Assembly (NCBI GenBank): GCA_030037815.1 | Contig: JASHPZ010000062.1 | Location: 1-63,052 of the forward strand | Source: Thermoplasmata archaeon | Lineage (GTDB): Archaea; Thermoplasmatota; Thermoplasmata; Lutacidiplasmatales; UBA184 | Direction of reading: 5' to 3' | Length of the DNA stretch: 63,052 nucleotides | Shown: positions 10,195-18,120 of the stretch, piece after piece | Layout of the letters: each line of letters opens with the position of its first letter | Position numbering within the stretch: the stretch's first letter is position 1 | Notes under the pieces: model-generated | The model's input: only the letters and a program-made list of their open reading frames with translations | The model's database searches: none | Told to the model about the DNA's origin: nothing | Made by a program: the position numbers and the translations under genes

Positions 10195-11324
10195 GCGGAC
10201 CCCCGGGCGGCCGCGACCGCCGCCTGCGCGGACGACTTGAGGTCCGGCACGGACGTGACCCCGGCGGAGCGCAGGATCTCGATCCCCTCCGCCTCGTTGT
10301 TGCCCCGGATGCGGGCGACGAGCGGGAACCGCTCGGACTCCGGCACCTGGCGCATCGCCTCGACCAGGCCCCGGGCGACCGTGTCGCACCGGGTGACCCC
10401 GCCGAAGATGTTCAGGAACACCGCCGCCGGCTTCGCCTGGGCCATCAGGAGGAACGCCTCCGTGACCTTCTTCGGGTCGTCGGTTCCGCCGAGGTCCAAG
10501 AAGACCCCGGGGTTCCCGCCGAACTCCTTCAGCACGTCCAGGGTCGCCATCGTGAGGCCCGCCCCGTTCGCGATGACGCCGATGTTGCCGTCGAGCTGGA
10601 CGAACGCGATCTCCTTCTCGCGCGCGATCTCCTCGAGCGGCGTCCGGTCGTCGCGGATCTCGGCGTACTCCGGATGCCGGAATGCCGCGTCATCCTCGAT
10701 GATCACCTTCGCGTCCAGCGCGACCAGACCGTCGCCGACGACCGCGAGCGGGTTCACCTCGACGAGCTCGGTGTCCTCCTGCTGGAATGCCTTCCACAGC
10801 GCGAGCAGGAGCCCGTCGAGCGCCTTGGCCGGCCCGCCCGACAGGCCCAGCGAGCGGGCGGCGCGCCGCCGTTCGTAGGCCGTCAGCCCGGGGAACGGGT
10901 GGACGGGCTGTCGTTCGATCGCGGCGTCGTCCACCGACTCGATCTCCACGCCGCCCTGGGCGCTCGTGATGAGGACGGGCAGCCGTCGGGCCCGGTCGAG
11001 CGTGATCGCGACGTAGAGCTCCTTCCCGATCGGGAGCTTCTCCTCGAGCAGGACCTCCTTCACCCGCTCGCCCTTGAACTCGAGCGCGAGGATCGCTTCG
11101 GCGGCCGCGCGGGCCTCCTCGGCGGTGTTCGCGAAACGGACGGCGCCGCCCTTCCCGCGTCCGCCGGCGAGCACCTGGGCTTTGACGACGCACGGGAGCG
11201 GCACCGACCCCGAGCGGACGACCGCTTCGGCTTCGGACGGCGTGCGCGCGACGTGTCCCCGGGGGAGCGGGACGCCGTACTTCCGGAACACTTCCTTCCC
11301 GCGCCACTCGGCCAGCTTGACCAT
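10191..11324 (-). CDS. sucC: Succinyl-CoA synthetase subunit beta (ATP-grasp)
   Basis: The ATP-grasp N-terminus reads KAQVLAGGRGKGG. The C-terminal ligase-CoA domain reads NIFGGVTRCD. 377 aa. Confidence 0.92.
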   Translation of the reverse strand: MVKLAEWRGKEVFRKYGVPLPRGHVARTPSEAEAVVRSGSVPLPCVVKAQVLAGGRGKGGAVRFANTAEEARAAAEAILALEFKGERVKEVLLEEKLPIGKELYVAITLDRARRLPVLITSAQGGVEIESVDDAAIERQPVHPFPGLTAYERRRAARSLGLSGGPAKALDGLLLALWKAFQQEDTELVEVNPLAVVGDGLVALDAKVIIEDDAAFRHPEYAEIRDDRTPLEEIAREKEIAFVQLDGNIGVIANGAGLTMATLDVLKEFGGNPGVFLDLGGTDDPKKVTEAFLLMAQAKPAAVFLNIFGGVTRCDTVARGLVEAMRQVPESERFPLVARIRGNNEAEGIEILRSAGVTSVPDLKSSAQAAVAAARGSA

Positions 11325-11382
11325 GGATTCCTCGGCGCGCGCAGCGGGGTTGGTGTCTTAAGCGCGGCGGGACGCGCGCGGC

Positions 11383-12681
11383 TCAGCGGGGACGGCTCCG
11401 CGTTCGCCGCGCGCGACGGTGGGGCCGGGCGGTCGCGCTTCCGGCCGCGTCGGCCGGACCGATCTGGCTCCCGACCAACTCGAGCAGCTGGCCCGCGGTG
11501 TCGAACTTCGAACCGCCGAGCGTCGCCCGGACCGCGCCGGCGTGAACGACGACCGCCTCGGTGTCCGGCCCGCCCATCGACGCGACGTCGTTCGCCACCA
11601 CCCAGTCGGCCCCCGATTCCCGGGCGAGGAGGCGGGCGGCGTCCGCCAGTTCGGGTGCGGTGCGGCCGGCGTCCAGCTTGTAGGCGACCAGCTGGGTCGG
11701 CGCCGGCGCGAGCCGGCGGAGCTCGGGCAGCACCTTCGGCGCCTGCTCGAGATGGAGCGTCAGCCGGGGATGGTCGCGGGACGGGATCTTCCCCTTCTCG
11801 GGGGTCAGGGTGAAGTCGGAGAGCGCCGCGGGCACGAACACGGCGGCCGCGTCCGCGAGCAGCGACGACCGCTCGCGGGCGAGGCCGAGGAGGTCGTGGA
11901 CGCTCCGCCACCGACGGGTCGCGAGCCAGGACGGGACCGCCACCTCCATCGCGCCGGTCCACAGCTCGACGTCGGCGCCGCGGAAGTGGGCCTGGGAGGC
12001 GAGCGCGACAGCGGACCGGCCGGAACTCTCGTTCGTGACCGAACGCACCCGGTCGATCGCCTCGCGGGCGGCCCCCCCGATGACCACGACCCGCCGGCCC
12101 CGCCACGGACCCGGAACGAGCCGATGCAGCACTGCGGCCGCCACCTCGTCGGGCGACGCAACCTTCTCCTCGCCCTCCGCGAGCGTGCCCCGGATCACTC
12201 CGACGCCCCACGACTCGAGCTTCTCGATCGCCTCGCGGACGGCCGGGTTGCCCCCCATGTTCGCATGCATCGCCGGCGCGATCAGGATCGGCACGCCGCC
12301 CCCCAGCGCGACGGACGCACAGGAGGTGACGGGGGTGTCGTCGATCCCGTGGGCGACCTTCGCGATCGTGTTCGCGGTCGCCGGACAGATCAGGTAGAGG
12401 TCGGCCCGCCCCTCGCCCGGCCCGAGGAGGGTGACGTGCTCGACGTTCCCGGTGAGCGACTGGACCGGGGGATGCCCGGTCGCGAACTCGAGGCTCTCGG
12501 GCGTCACCAGCCGCGCGGCCTCGGGGCTCATCACGGCGCGGACGTCGGCGCCGTGCCGGATCAGCTCGCGCACGATCCGGGGGACCTCGATCGCCGCGAT
12601 CGACCCCGACACCCCGAGGACGATCCGGCGTCCCTCGAGGAGGCGGGTCGTCCGTCCGCGGATCGCGCGACTCGGGTGCAT
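11383..12681 (-). CDS. coaBC: Bifunctional phosphopantothenoylcysteine decarboxylase / phosphopantothenate-cysteine ligase
   Basis: The flavoprotein domain has GVSGSIAA and PAMHANM. The CoaB domain has ESSGRSAVALA. ATG at 12681. The ORF-track extension upstream of 12681 is Arg-rich shadow. Confidence 0.85.
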   Translation of the reverse strand: MHPSRAIRGRTTRLLEGRRIVLGVSGSIAAIEVPRIVRELIRHGADVRAVMSPEAARLVTPESLEFATGHPPVQSLTGNVEHVTLLGPGEGRADLYLICPATANTIAKVAHGIDDTPVTSCASVALGGGVPILIAPAMHANMGGNPAVREAIEKLESWGVGVIRGTLAEGEEKVASPDEVAAAVLHRLVPGPWRGRRVVVIGGAAREAIDRVRSVTNESSGRSAVALASQAHFRGADVELWTGAMEVAVPSWLATRRWRSVHDLLGLARERSSLLADAAAVFVPAALSDFTLTPEKGKIPSRDHPRLTLHLEQAPKVLPELRRLAPAPTQLVAYKLDAGRTAPELADAARLLARESGADWVVANDVASMGGPDTEAVVVHAGAVRATLGGSKFDTAGQLLELVGSQIGPADAAGSATARPHRRARRTRSRPR

Positions 12682-12735
12682 CCCGTCCCCGGGGACCCGG
12701 TCGGGTCCCACGCCCCTCGAAACGTATCGGGGCGG

Positions 12736-12743
12736 CTTAAAGA
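12736..12743 (+). promoter_or_regulatory. TATA-like element (CTTAAAGA) upstream of the HAD hydrolase gene
   Basis: Centred about 26 nt upstream of the ATG at 12766. This supports 12766 as the start and a leaderless transcript. Confidence 0.35.
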
Positions 12744-12765
12744 GGCCCCGCCGGTGGCGGACGCG

Positions 12766-13623
12766 ATGCCCCCCCGTCGTCGCCGGCCGGCGGCGCCCAC
12801 CGACCCGCCGTCGGAGCCCGAGACGCCCGAGGCCGCGGTCGGACCGGAGCTCCCCATGGCCCTCGCGTCGAGCCAGTACGCCGAGCTCGAGCGCCCCGTG
12901 GTGGTCGAACCGCCGCCCGACCCCCGGGCCGTCGAGCGCGGGGTGGTCGTGTTCGACCTCGACGGGACGATCCTCGACGACATCTGGAGGATCAGCGAGG
13001 TCGCGGCCGACGTGATGGCGACCGCCTTCGGCACCCCGGCGCCGGAAGCGCAGCTCCACTACCTCGCGACCACCGGCATGCCGTTCGAAGCCCAGCTCGC
13101 TCAGCTGTACCCGGGCGCCCCGCGCGAACTGCGCGCCACGACGGCGCGGACGTTCCATCAGCGCAAGGTGACGGAGGCGTACGCGAAGGCGAAGCCGTTC
13201 CCCGAGATCCCGAAGCTATTGAAGCGACTCGCCGACGCCCGATGGACGCTCGCGATCTCGACGGGTGCCGAGACGGAGATGGCCGACCTCCTCCTGGAGC
13301 GCGAAGGCCTGCGCTTCTGGTTCGACGGAGTGCTCGGTTCGCGCGAGGGGACGAAGCGCGAGCACCTGCGCGAGTACGGACGGCGGTTCCCCGGGGTGCC
13401 GACGTTCCTCGTCGGCGACTCGCGGTTCGACATGGAGGCCGCGGCGTCCGTGCCCGGGGTCGTGCCGCTCGGCCGCGCGTCGCGCTTTCCGACGTGGAGC
13501 CTGACGCCGAAGGACCTCGCGAAGTGGGGCGCGCAGTGGGCCGACTACAACCTCTCGGACCTACCGGGCGTGGTCGACCGGCTCAGCCGGCCGGTCCGGC
13601 GACGCCGTCCGCGCGCCGGGTAG
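12766..13623 (+). CDS. HAD-superfamily hydrolase
   Basis: HAD motif I VVVFDLDGTILDD. Motifs ISTGAE and VGDSRFDM. An alternative in-frame ATG lies at 12856. The TAG stop abuts the tRNA-His 3' end. Confidence 0.75.
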   Translation: MPPRRRRPAAPTDPPSEPETPEAAVGPELPMALASSQYAELERPVVVEPPPDPRAVERGVVVFDLDGTILDDIWRISEVAADVMATAFGTPAPEAQLHYLATTGMPFEAQLAQLYPGAPRELRATTARTFHQRKVTEAYAKAKPFPEIPKLLKRLADARWTLAISTGAETEMADLLLEREGLRFWFDGVLGSREGTKREHLREYGRRFPGVPTFLVGDSRFDMEAAASVPGVVPLGRASRFPTWSLTPKDLAKWGAQWADYNLSDLPGVVDRLSRPVRRRRPRAG

Positions 13624-13730
13624 GGCCGGGACCGAGAGTCTCAGGGGAGGGGGTCGGCCCCGTCCCGCTTTGAACCCGGGTCGAGGGATCCACAGTCCCC
13701 CAGGATAGGCCAAGCTACCCCATCCCGGCC
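13624..13730 (-). tRNA. tRNA-His (anticodon GTG) with a 31-nt intron in the T-loop
   Basis: Minus-strand read: G(-1), GCCGGGA, U8 G9, GGGT-AGCTTGGCCTA-TCCT, G26, GGGGA-CTGTGGA-TCCCT, CGAC, CCGGG-TTCAAA[31 nt]T-CTCGG, TCCCGGC, C73. The acceptor stem has 7/7 Watson-Crick pairs plus an encoded G-1:C73 pair. The T stem pairs 5/5, including one G-U. A TATA-like element lies about 27 nt upstream. CCA is not encoded. The fold was done by hand only. Confidence 0.7.
13638..13668 (-). other. Putative tRNA-His intron (T-loop, between positions 59 and 60)
   Basis: GCGGGACGGGGCCGACCCCCTCCCCTGAGAC. Removing it restores a TTCAAAT T-loop. The intron forms a GC hairpin (GGGG-CCGA-CCCC, extended). T54-T55-C56 can pair with GAG near the intron 3' end, which leaves 3-nt bulges (AAA and ACT). 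Confidence 0.55.
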
Positions 13731-13754
13731 ACGGGCGTTGGACGAATCGCCTCC

Positions 13755-13763
13755 CTCTAAAGG
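13755..13763 (-). promoter_or_regulatory. TATA-like element (CCTTTAGAG on the minus strand) upstream of tRNA-His
   Basis: Lies 25-33 nt upstream of the tRNA 5' end at 13730. Confidence 0.4.
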
Positions 13764-13783
13764 TTTCCGCGGAAGTCGGGTCG

Positions 13784-14059
13784 TCACACCGGCGGCTCCC
13801 CGGGCGGCGGGGGCCGACCTGCCTCGAGCGCGTCCAGGTACGCCCGCCGGTGGTGCCCCTCGTCGCGGCCGACGTGGACGAAGAAGGCCCCGAACCCGAC
13901 CGCGATGCCCGCCGCGAGCCAGGCGCTCGCGTACGCCCAGCCGGCCGCGCTCCAGTAGAGTCCGACGCCGAGCGCGACCCCGAGTCCGATCGTCAGTCCC
14001 CCGCCGACCAGGAACGTGGTCTCGCGGCGCACCGCGTCACCCCGGGCCCGCCGGGTCAC
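13784..14059 (-). CDS. Small membrane protein (2 TM helices)
   Basis: 91 aa with a GTG start 3 nt after the upstream methyltransferase stop. Gly/Ala-rich hydrophobic helices. Good GC3 bias. Confidence 0.55.
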   Translation of the reverse strand: MTRRARGDAVRRETTFLVGGGLTIGLGVALGVGLYWSAAGWAYASAWLAAGIAVGFGAFFVHVGRDEGHHRRAYLDALEAGRPPPPGEPPV

Positions 14060-14062
14060 CCC

Positions 14063-14761
14063 TCATCGGTAGGCCCAGACGACCGCCTGGCCGAAGAACC
14101 GCCAGGGCACGCCGACGTGCGGGAACCCGGCCTTCCCGAGCGCCGCGACCTCCGCCTCGAGCGTGGACGGGTGGTCGAACTTCTCGTGCTCGTGCCAGAC
14201 CTCCTGGGGGCTGGTCCAGCCGGCCGGTCGGTGGTCGTGCGCCAGGGAGGAGGCGATCTGGGCGTATCGGGTGTCGAACACCGGGTCCTGCGGGAGGTGG
14301 TCGTCCGCGTCGCCGAAGTACCCGCCGGGCCCGAGGCATCGGCGGATCCGGCGGAACAGTCGCCACTTCTCGGGATCCGTCAGGTGATGGATCGCGAGCG
14401 CGGAGACGACGGCGTCGTACGGCCGCTCCTCGAAATCCCCCAGGTCCCCCGCGATCAGCTCGACGCGGGACTGGAACGGACGGAGCTTCTCGCGGGCGCG
14501 GGCGATCATCCGCGGGGAGAGGTCGATGCCGGTCACTTCCGCGTGCGGGAAGGTGGAGGCGACGAGGGCGGTGAGGGTCCCGGTGCCGACGCCCAGTTCG
14601 AGGACCCGGAACGCCCGGGTGGGGACGAACGGAATGCCGCCGATCAGCGTACGGTGGAGGTCGGTGTACCCCGGCATCGACGCGCGAGCCGTCCGGTCGT
14701 ACCCGGCCGCTTCGCGGTCGAACTCCCGGCGGAGGGCGGGGGGGCTCCGGCGCGACGACAT
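14063..14761 (-). CDS. Class I SAM-dependent methyltransferase
   Basis: Motif I VLELGVGTGTLT. Motif ALAIHHL. 232 aa. Confidence 0.8.
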   Translation of the reverse strand: MSSRRSPPALRREFDREAAGYDRTARASMPGYTDLHRTLIGGIPFVPTRAFRVLELGVGTGTLTALVASTFPHAEVTGIDLSPRMIARAREKLRPFQSRVELIAGDLGDFEERPYDAVVSALAIHHLTDPEKWRLFRRIRRCLGPGGYFGDADDHLPQDPVFDTRYAQIASSLAHDHRPAGWTSPQEVWHEHEKFDHPSTLEAEVAALGKAGFPHVGVPWRFFGQAVVWAYR

Positions 14762-14855
14762 CGCCGGCCCATCCCCCCCGCCTCATATGGGCTTCTCTCC
14801 GCCCTCCCCGCGCCAAACCTAAGCGGCGGTGGGGCTCCCTCGGCCGAGGTCCGGC

Positions 14856-15218
14856 ATGGCTTCGGGCGACCGACGGATCGGCTTCATCTTCGGTATCCTC
14901 GGCGCCGCCCTGTTCGTGCTGTCGGGGCTCCTGAGCCTCGTCGGGGGGCTGGTCGTCTTCGCGCTCGGCCACCCGGCCCGCGGCCTGGGCGACTGGGACC
15001 ACGCGGCGATCCTGGTCGCGGTCGGTCTGATCACGGGCCTGTTCGCGCTCGTCGGGCGGGCGCGCGGGCGGGACGACGGTCTGCTCGCCGGAGTCGTCCT
15101 GATCGTCATCGCGTTGCTCGGATGGCTCGCCTTGGGGTTCGGCTCGGGCGTGCTCTCGATCCTGGGCGTGGTCTGCGTCCTCATCGGGGGCGTCGTCTAC
15201 CTGCTCAGCCAACGCTGA
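14856..15218 (+). CDS. Hypothetical integral membrane protein (about 4 TM helices)
   Basis: ATG at 14856, with an alternative GTG at 14829. Gly/Leu/Val-rich helices. Confidence 0.55.
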   Translation: MASGDRRIGFIFGILGAALFVLSGLLSLVGGLVVFALGHPARGLGDWDHAAILVAVGLITGLFALVGRARGRDDGLLAGVVLIVIALLGWLALGFGSGVLSILGVVCVLIGGVVYLLSQR

Positions 15219-15306
15219 CGCCGCCGCGGCGCGTTCCGGTGCCGGACGGGAACCTGTTTATCCCGGTCGATACCCTCCTTCCGGACGGCGGTCGGGGTCC
15301 GGCGCG

Positions 15307-15969
15307 ATGAGCACGGTGCGCGGCACGATTTCGAACGTCGCGACCGCGGCCGCGGAACCGCGGCGCGCGCCCCACGCGCTCTCCCCCGCCGCGGAGCCGG
15401 AGGCCCCGTTCCTCCTGCGCAACGGGGTGGGACTGTTCCTCGCGGCGACCGCGTTCCTGACCGTCGGGGCGCTCGACTGGTGGCTGTACCCTCCCGTCGG
15501 CCCGGGGGCGTTCCCGCTCTCCACGTTGCTCCTCCTGCTCGGGTTCGTCGCGGCCATCGGCGGGACGCTCGCCTACTTCTTCGGGCGGGAGGACCCGTTC
15601 GCGGCCCACGCCGAACCGGCGCCCGAGCCGCCGACCCGTGCGGTCCCGGCGTTCCGCCCGGACCCGGAAGAATACGGCCGGCCCAAACCCGAGGTCCGAC
15701 GCCCGGAGCCTCTCCGAGCCGGACCGTCGCCCGCCGCTCCGCCGCTCGTTCCCGGGCCGGCCCCCGCACCCGCCGCTTCGGCCGTCTCTCCCGCGTCGGG
15801 AGCCGTAGAAGTTCGGCGCGCGGTCCCTCCGGCGCCCCCGCCCGAGCCCGCGCTCGATGCGGATCCGGAGCCCGACCCAAATCCACCGGCCGTCCACGAC
15901 GCGCTCGCGGAACTCTCGCGCATCGAGCGGGAGATGGGCGCGCGTCGGCCGCGGGCGCCGGCGCCGTGA
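15307..15969 (+). CDS. Hypothetical membrane protein with a long Pro/Ala-rich C-terminal tail
   Basis: ATG start and two hydrophobic helices (LFLAATAFLTVGAL, LLLLLGFVAAIGG), followed by about 120 aa of Pro/Ala/Glu-rich sequence. Strong GC3 bias in this frame. Confidence 0.55.
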   Translation: MSTVRGTISNVATAAAEPRRAPHALSPAAEPEAPFLLRNGVGLFLAATAFLTVGALDWWLYPPVGPGAFPLSTLLLLLGFVAAIGGTLAYFFGREDPFAAHAEPAPEPPTRAVPAFRPDPEEYGRPKPEVRRPEPLRAGPSPAAPPLVPGPAPAPAASAVSPASGAVEVRRAVPPAPPPEPALDADPEPDPNPPAVHDALAELSRIEREMGARRPRAPAP

Positions 15970-16012
15970 GCGCCTCCGCGCGCGTTATCTGCCCCTGCCC
16001 GGCTACGTCCCC

Positions 16013-16546
16013 GTGCCGCTCGCTCCCTTCGCCCAGGTCGACCGGAGCGCCTTCGGTTGGTTGAGGTCCCGCGACCACCCGGCAGGGTTCACCCTCTCGT
16101 CGGGGCAGCAACCCGTGGCCCAACTCGACTGGCCGGCGGTCGGCTCCTCGCCCGTCGCATTGGAGACCGCGGACGGCCGTGGATCGCTCGACCGCGCGGG
16201 GTTCCTCGGACCGCGCATCGTCCTGCGGGGCCCGGCCGTCGGAGACGGGCCGGGCCCCGTGCTGGCGCAGGCGGAGCACCACGTCGTCCACCTCGCGGAC
16301 GGCTCCTCGTACCGGATCCACCGCGCCCACCTCCTCGTTCCCGCCTGGAAGATCTCGGACTCCTTGGGGGCCGAGGTCGCCCACCTCGAACCGGTGGCCG
16401 ACGGTCGACGTCTGGCGGCCGGCGCGGTGGTGGTCGCGACGGGGTGCGCGGACCTTCCGGGGCTGCTCCCGCTCCTGGTCGTGGCGTGGTACTTCCTCGC
16501 GCTCGTCTGGTTCGAGGACGAGGTCGCGGAAGTCTTCCCCCTCTGA
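16013..16546 (+). CDS. Hypothetical protein with a C-terminal hydrophobic helix
   Basis: This frame has good GC3 bias. The first plausible start after the upstream stop is the GTG at 16013. The ORF-track start at 15857 overlaps the previous gene and gives an Arg-rich N-terminus. Confidence 0.45.
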   Translation: MPLAPFAQVDRSAFGWLRSRDHPAGFTLSSGQQPVAQLDWPAVGSSPVALETADGRGSLDRAGFLGPRIVLRGPAVGDGPGPVLAQAEHHVVHLADGSSYRIHRAHLLVPAWKISDSLGAEVAHLEPVADGRRLAAGAVVVATGCADLPGLLPLLVVAWYFLALVWFEDEVAEVFPL

Positions 16547-16559
16547 GGGGTTCGGGCAA

Positions 16560-16709
16560 CTACACCCGGGCCGGGGACTTCTGCCAGACCGCGAGGAAGC
16601 ACTCCGAGCAGACGTTGTGCATCCGGTCCCAGCCCTCCGCCGGGACGTTCGTGATCCGGGTGATGACCTTCTGGCATCGGTCGCAGACCAGCTGGCCGTC
16701 CCGGATCAT
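16560..16709 (-). CDS. Small zinc-ribbon protein (two CxxC pairs)
   Basis: Hand translation gives MIRDGQLVCDRCQKVITRITNVPAEGWDRMHNVCSECFLAVWQKSPARV* (49 aa, below the track cutoff). A TATA-like GTTTAGTATTC is centred about 26 nt upstream. Confidence 0.55.
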   Translation of the reverse strand: MIRDGQLVCDRCQKVITRITNVPAEGWDRMHNVCSECFLAVWQKSPARV

Positions 16710-16729
16710 CGCGCCGCCGACCGGGACCG

Positions 16730-16739
16730 AATACTAAAC
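16730..16739 (-). promoter_or_regulatory. TATA-like element (GTTTAGTATT on the minus strand) for the small zinc-ribbon ORF
   Basis: AT-rich island 21-30 nt upstream of the ATG at 16709. Confidence 0.35.
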
Positions 16740-16916
16740 GGATGCTCCGACCTCGTGGGTCCGGTCGCTTGGCCGCGCCGATCGATACCGCCGGGCGAAG
16801 AGCCGCCCCGTTTCGCCCCGCCCTCCGAACTCTCGAGGTCGCCCCTCCGAGACCGGCCCGTACAACGTAAATCGCCGAGCGCAACTAGCACTCCGCGCAC
16901 AGCGGGGGCGAGTCGC

Positions 16917-17264
16917 GTGGAAACCTTCGGAGCGTCGGCGTTTCGCGGGGACCACCTGCTCAAGCCGGGCGTGTGGGCGGTCGGGTTCGTCGCCGATTGG
17001 TGCCCCTGGTCGGACGCCTTCCGCCCCGCGTTCGAGCGGTTCGCCGCCGACGCCCCCGGTCCGTGCGCGTACGGCGACATCTCCGACGAGTCGAATCCGC
17101 TCTGGGAGACGTTGGCGATCGACGTGGTCCCCACGATCGTGCTCTTCCGGGACGGCGTCCCCGTCGCCCGGCGGGACGGGGTGCGGGGCCGAGGGCTGTC
17201 CGCGGCCGACCTCGACGCGATGCGGCGGTCGCTCGCCGACCTCGCGCGGCGCCCGCCCACCTAG
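16917..17264 (+). CDS. Thioredoxin-fold protein with a monothiol CPWS motif
   Basis: GTG at 16917. WAVGFVADWCPWSDAF sits at the position of the WCxxC active site, and the VVPTIVLF cis-Pro loop is present. 115 aa. Confidence 0.6.
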   Translation: METFGASAFRGDHLLKPGVWAVGFVADWCPWSDAFRPAFERFAADAPGPCAYGDISDESNPLWETLAIDVVPTIVLFRDGVPVARRDGVRGRGLSAADLDAMRRSLADLARRPPT

Positions 17265-17295
17265 ACGCTAATCGGGCCGCCGGCATGCGCGCACC

Positions 17296-18117
17296 GTGAC
17301 GCCCACGCCGGCCCCCTCCGGAGCGGGCCGACCGGTCGCGCTCGTGACCGGAGGTGGCACGGGGCTCGGGCTCGCGGTCGCGGTCGCCCTGGCGCGGGAC
17401 GGCTACGACCTCGCCCTCGCGAGCCGCTCTCCCGAGCACCTCGCGGCCGGTGGCCGGGTGGTCCGCGCCGAAGGCGCGACCGTGCTCGAACTGCCCGTCG
17501 ACGTGCGGCAGTACGACCGCGTGGCCGCCGCGCTCGAGACGGTCCGGGACCGGTTCGGCCGCCTCGACGTACTGGTGAACAACGCGGCCGGAAATTTCGT
17601 GCAGCCGGCCGAGGAGATCACGCCGAACGGTTGGCGGGCGGTCGTCGGCATCGTGCTGGACGGGACGTTCCACTGCTCGCGGGCCGCGTTCCCCCTTCTC
17701 CGCGCCGCTCCGGGAGGGTCGATCGTCAACGTGGTCGCGTCGTACGCGTGGATGGCCGGCCCCGGCACCGCGCACTCCGCGGCCGCGAAGGCCGGGGTCC
17801 TCTCGCTGACGCGGACGTTGGCCGTCGAGTGGGCCCGGCATCGCATCCGCGTGAACGCCGTCGCACCGGGTCCGATCCGCACGGACGGCACGGACCGCCA
17901 GTTGTGGACCTCGGCGGAGCGGGTGCGCGCGGTCACGGACGGCATCCCGCTCGGACGGTTCGGCGCGCCGGAGGACGTGGCGGAGGTCGTGCGGTTCCTC
18001 GTGAGCCCGCGCGCGGGCTACATCACCGGGGAGGTCGTGACCGTGGACGGCGGCCAGTGGCTCGGGAACGGCGTGATGGACCTCCTCGGGCGGACCGCGC
18101 GCGGCGACCCGCCCTGA
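17296..18117 (+). CDS. Short-chain dehydrogenase/reductase (2,4-dienoyl-CoA reductase-like SDR)
   Basis: Motifs TGGGTGLGLA, NNAAGNF, HSAAAKAG and PGPIRT. 273 aa. Confidence 0.8.
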   Translation: MTPTPAPSGAGRPVALVTGGGTGLGLAVAVALARDGYDLALASRSPEHLAAGGRVVRAEGATVLELPVDVRQYDRVAAALETVRDRFGRLDVLVNNAAGNFVQPAEEITPNGWRAVVGIVLDGTFHCSRAAFPLLRAAPGGSIVNVVASYAWMAGPGTAHSAAAKAGVLSLTRTLAVEWARHRIRVNAVAPGPIRTDGTDRQLWTSAERVRAVTDGIPLGRFGAPEDVAEVVRFLVSPRAGYITGEVVTVDGGQWLGNGVMDLLGRTARGDPP

Positions 18118-18120
18118 TGC

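Noticed and set aside
13656-13730. A colinear 75-nt reading of the tRNA-His locus as a degenerate tRNA pseudogene or integration remnant with a broken T arm and acceptor stem.
   Set aside because: An intron-containing model (13624..13730) restores all helices, the G-1:C73 pair and a TTCAAAT loop. It also mirrors the tRNA-Ala gene at 58952..59056. No integrase or direct repeat is nearby.
14037-16884. Long minus-strand ORFs 14037..15212, 15197..16384 and 16003..16884 across the small-membrane-protein cluster.
   Set aside because: The translations are dominated by Arg, Pro, Gly and Asp. The + strand frames show hydrophobic helices and strong GC3 bias instead.
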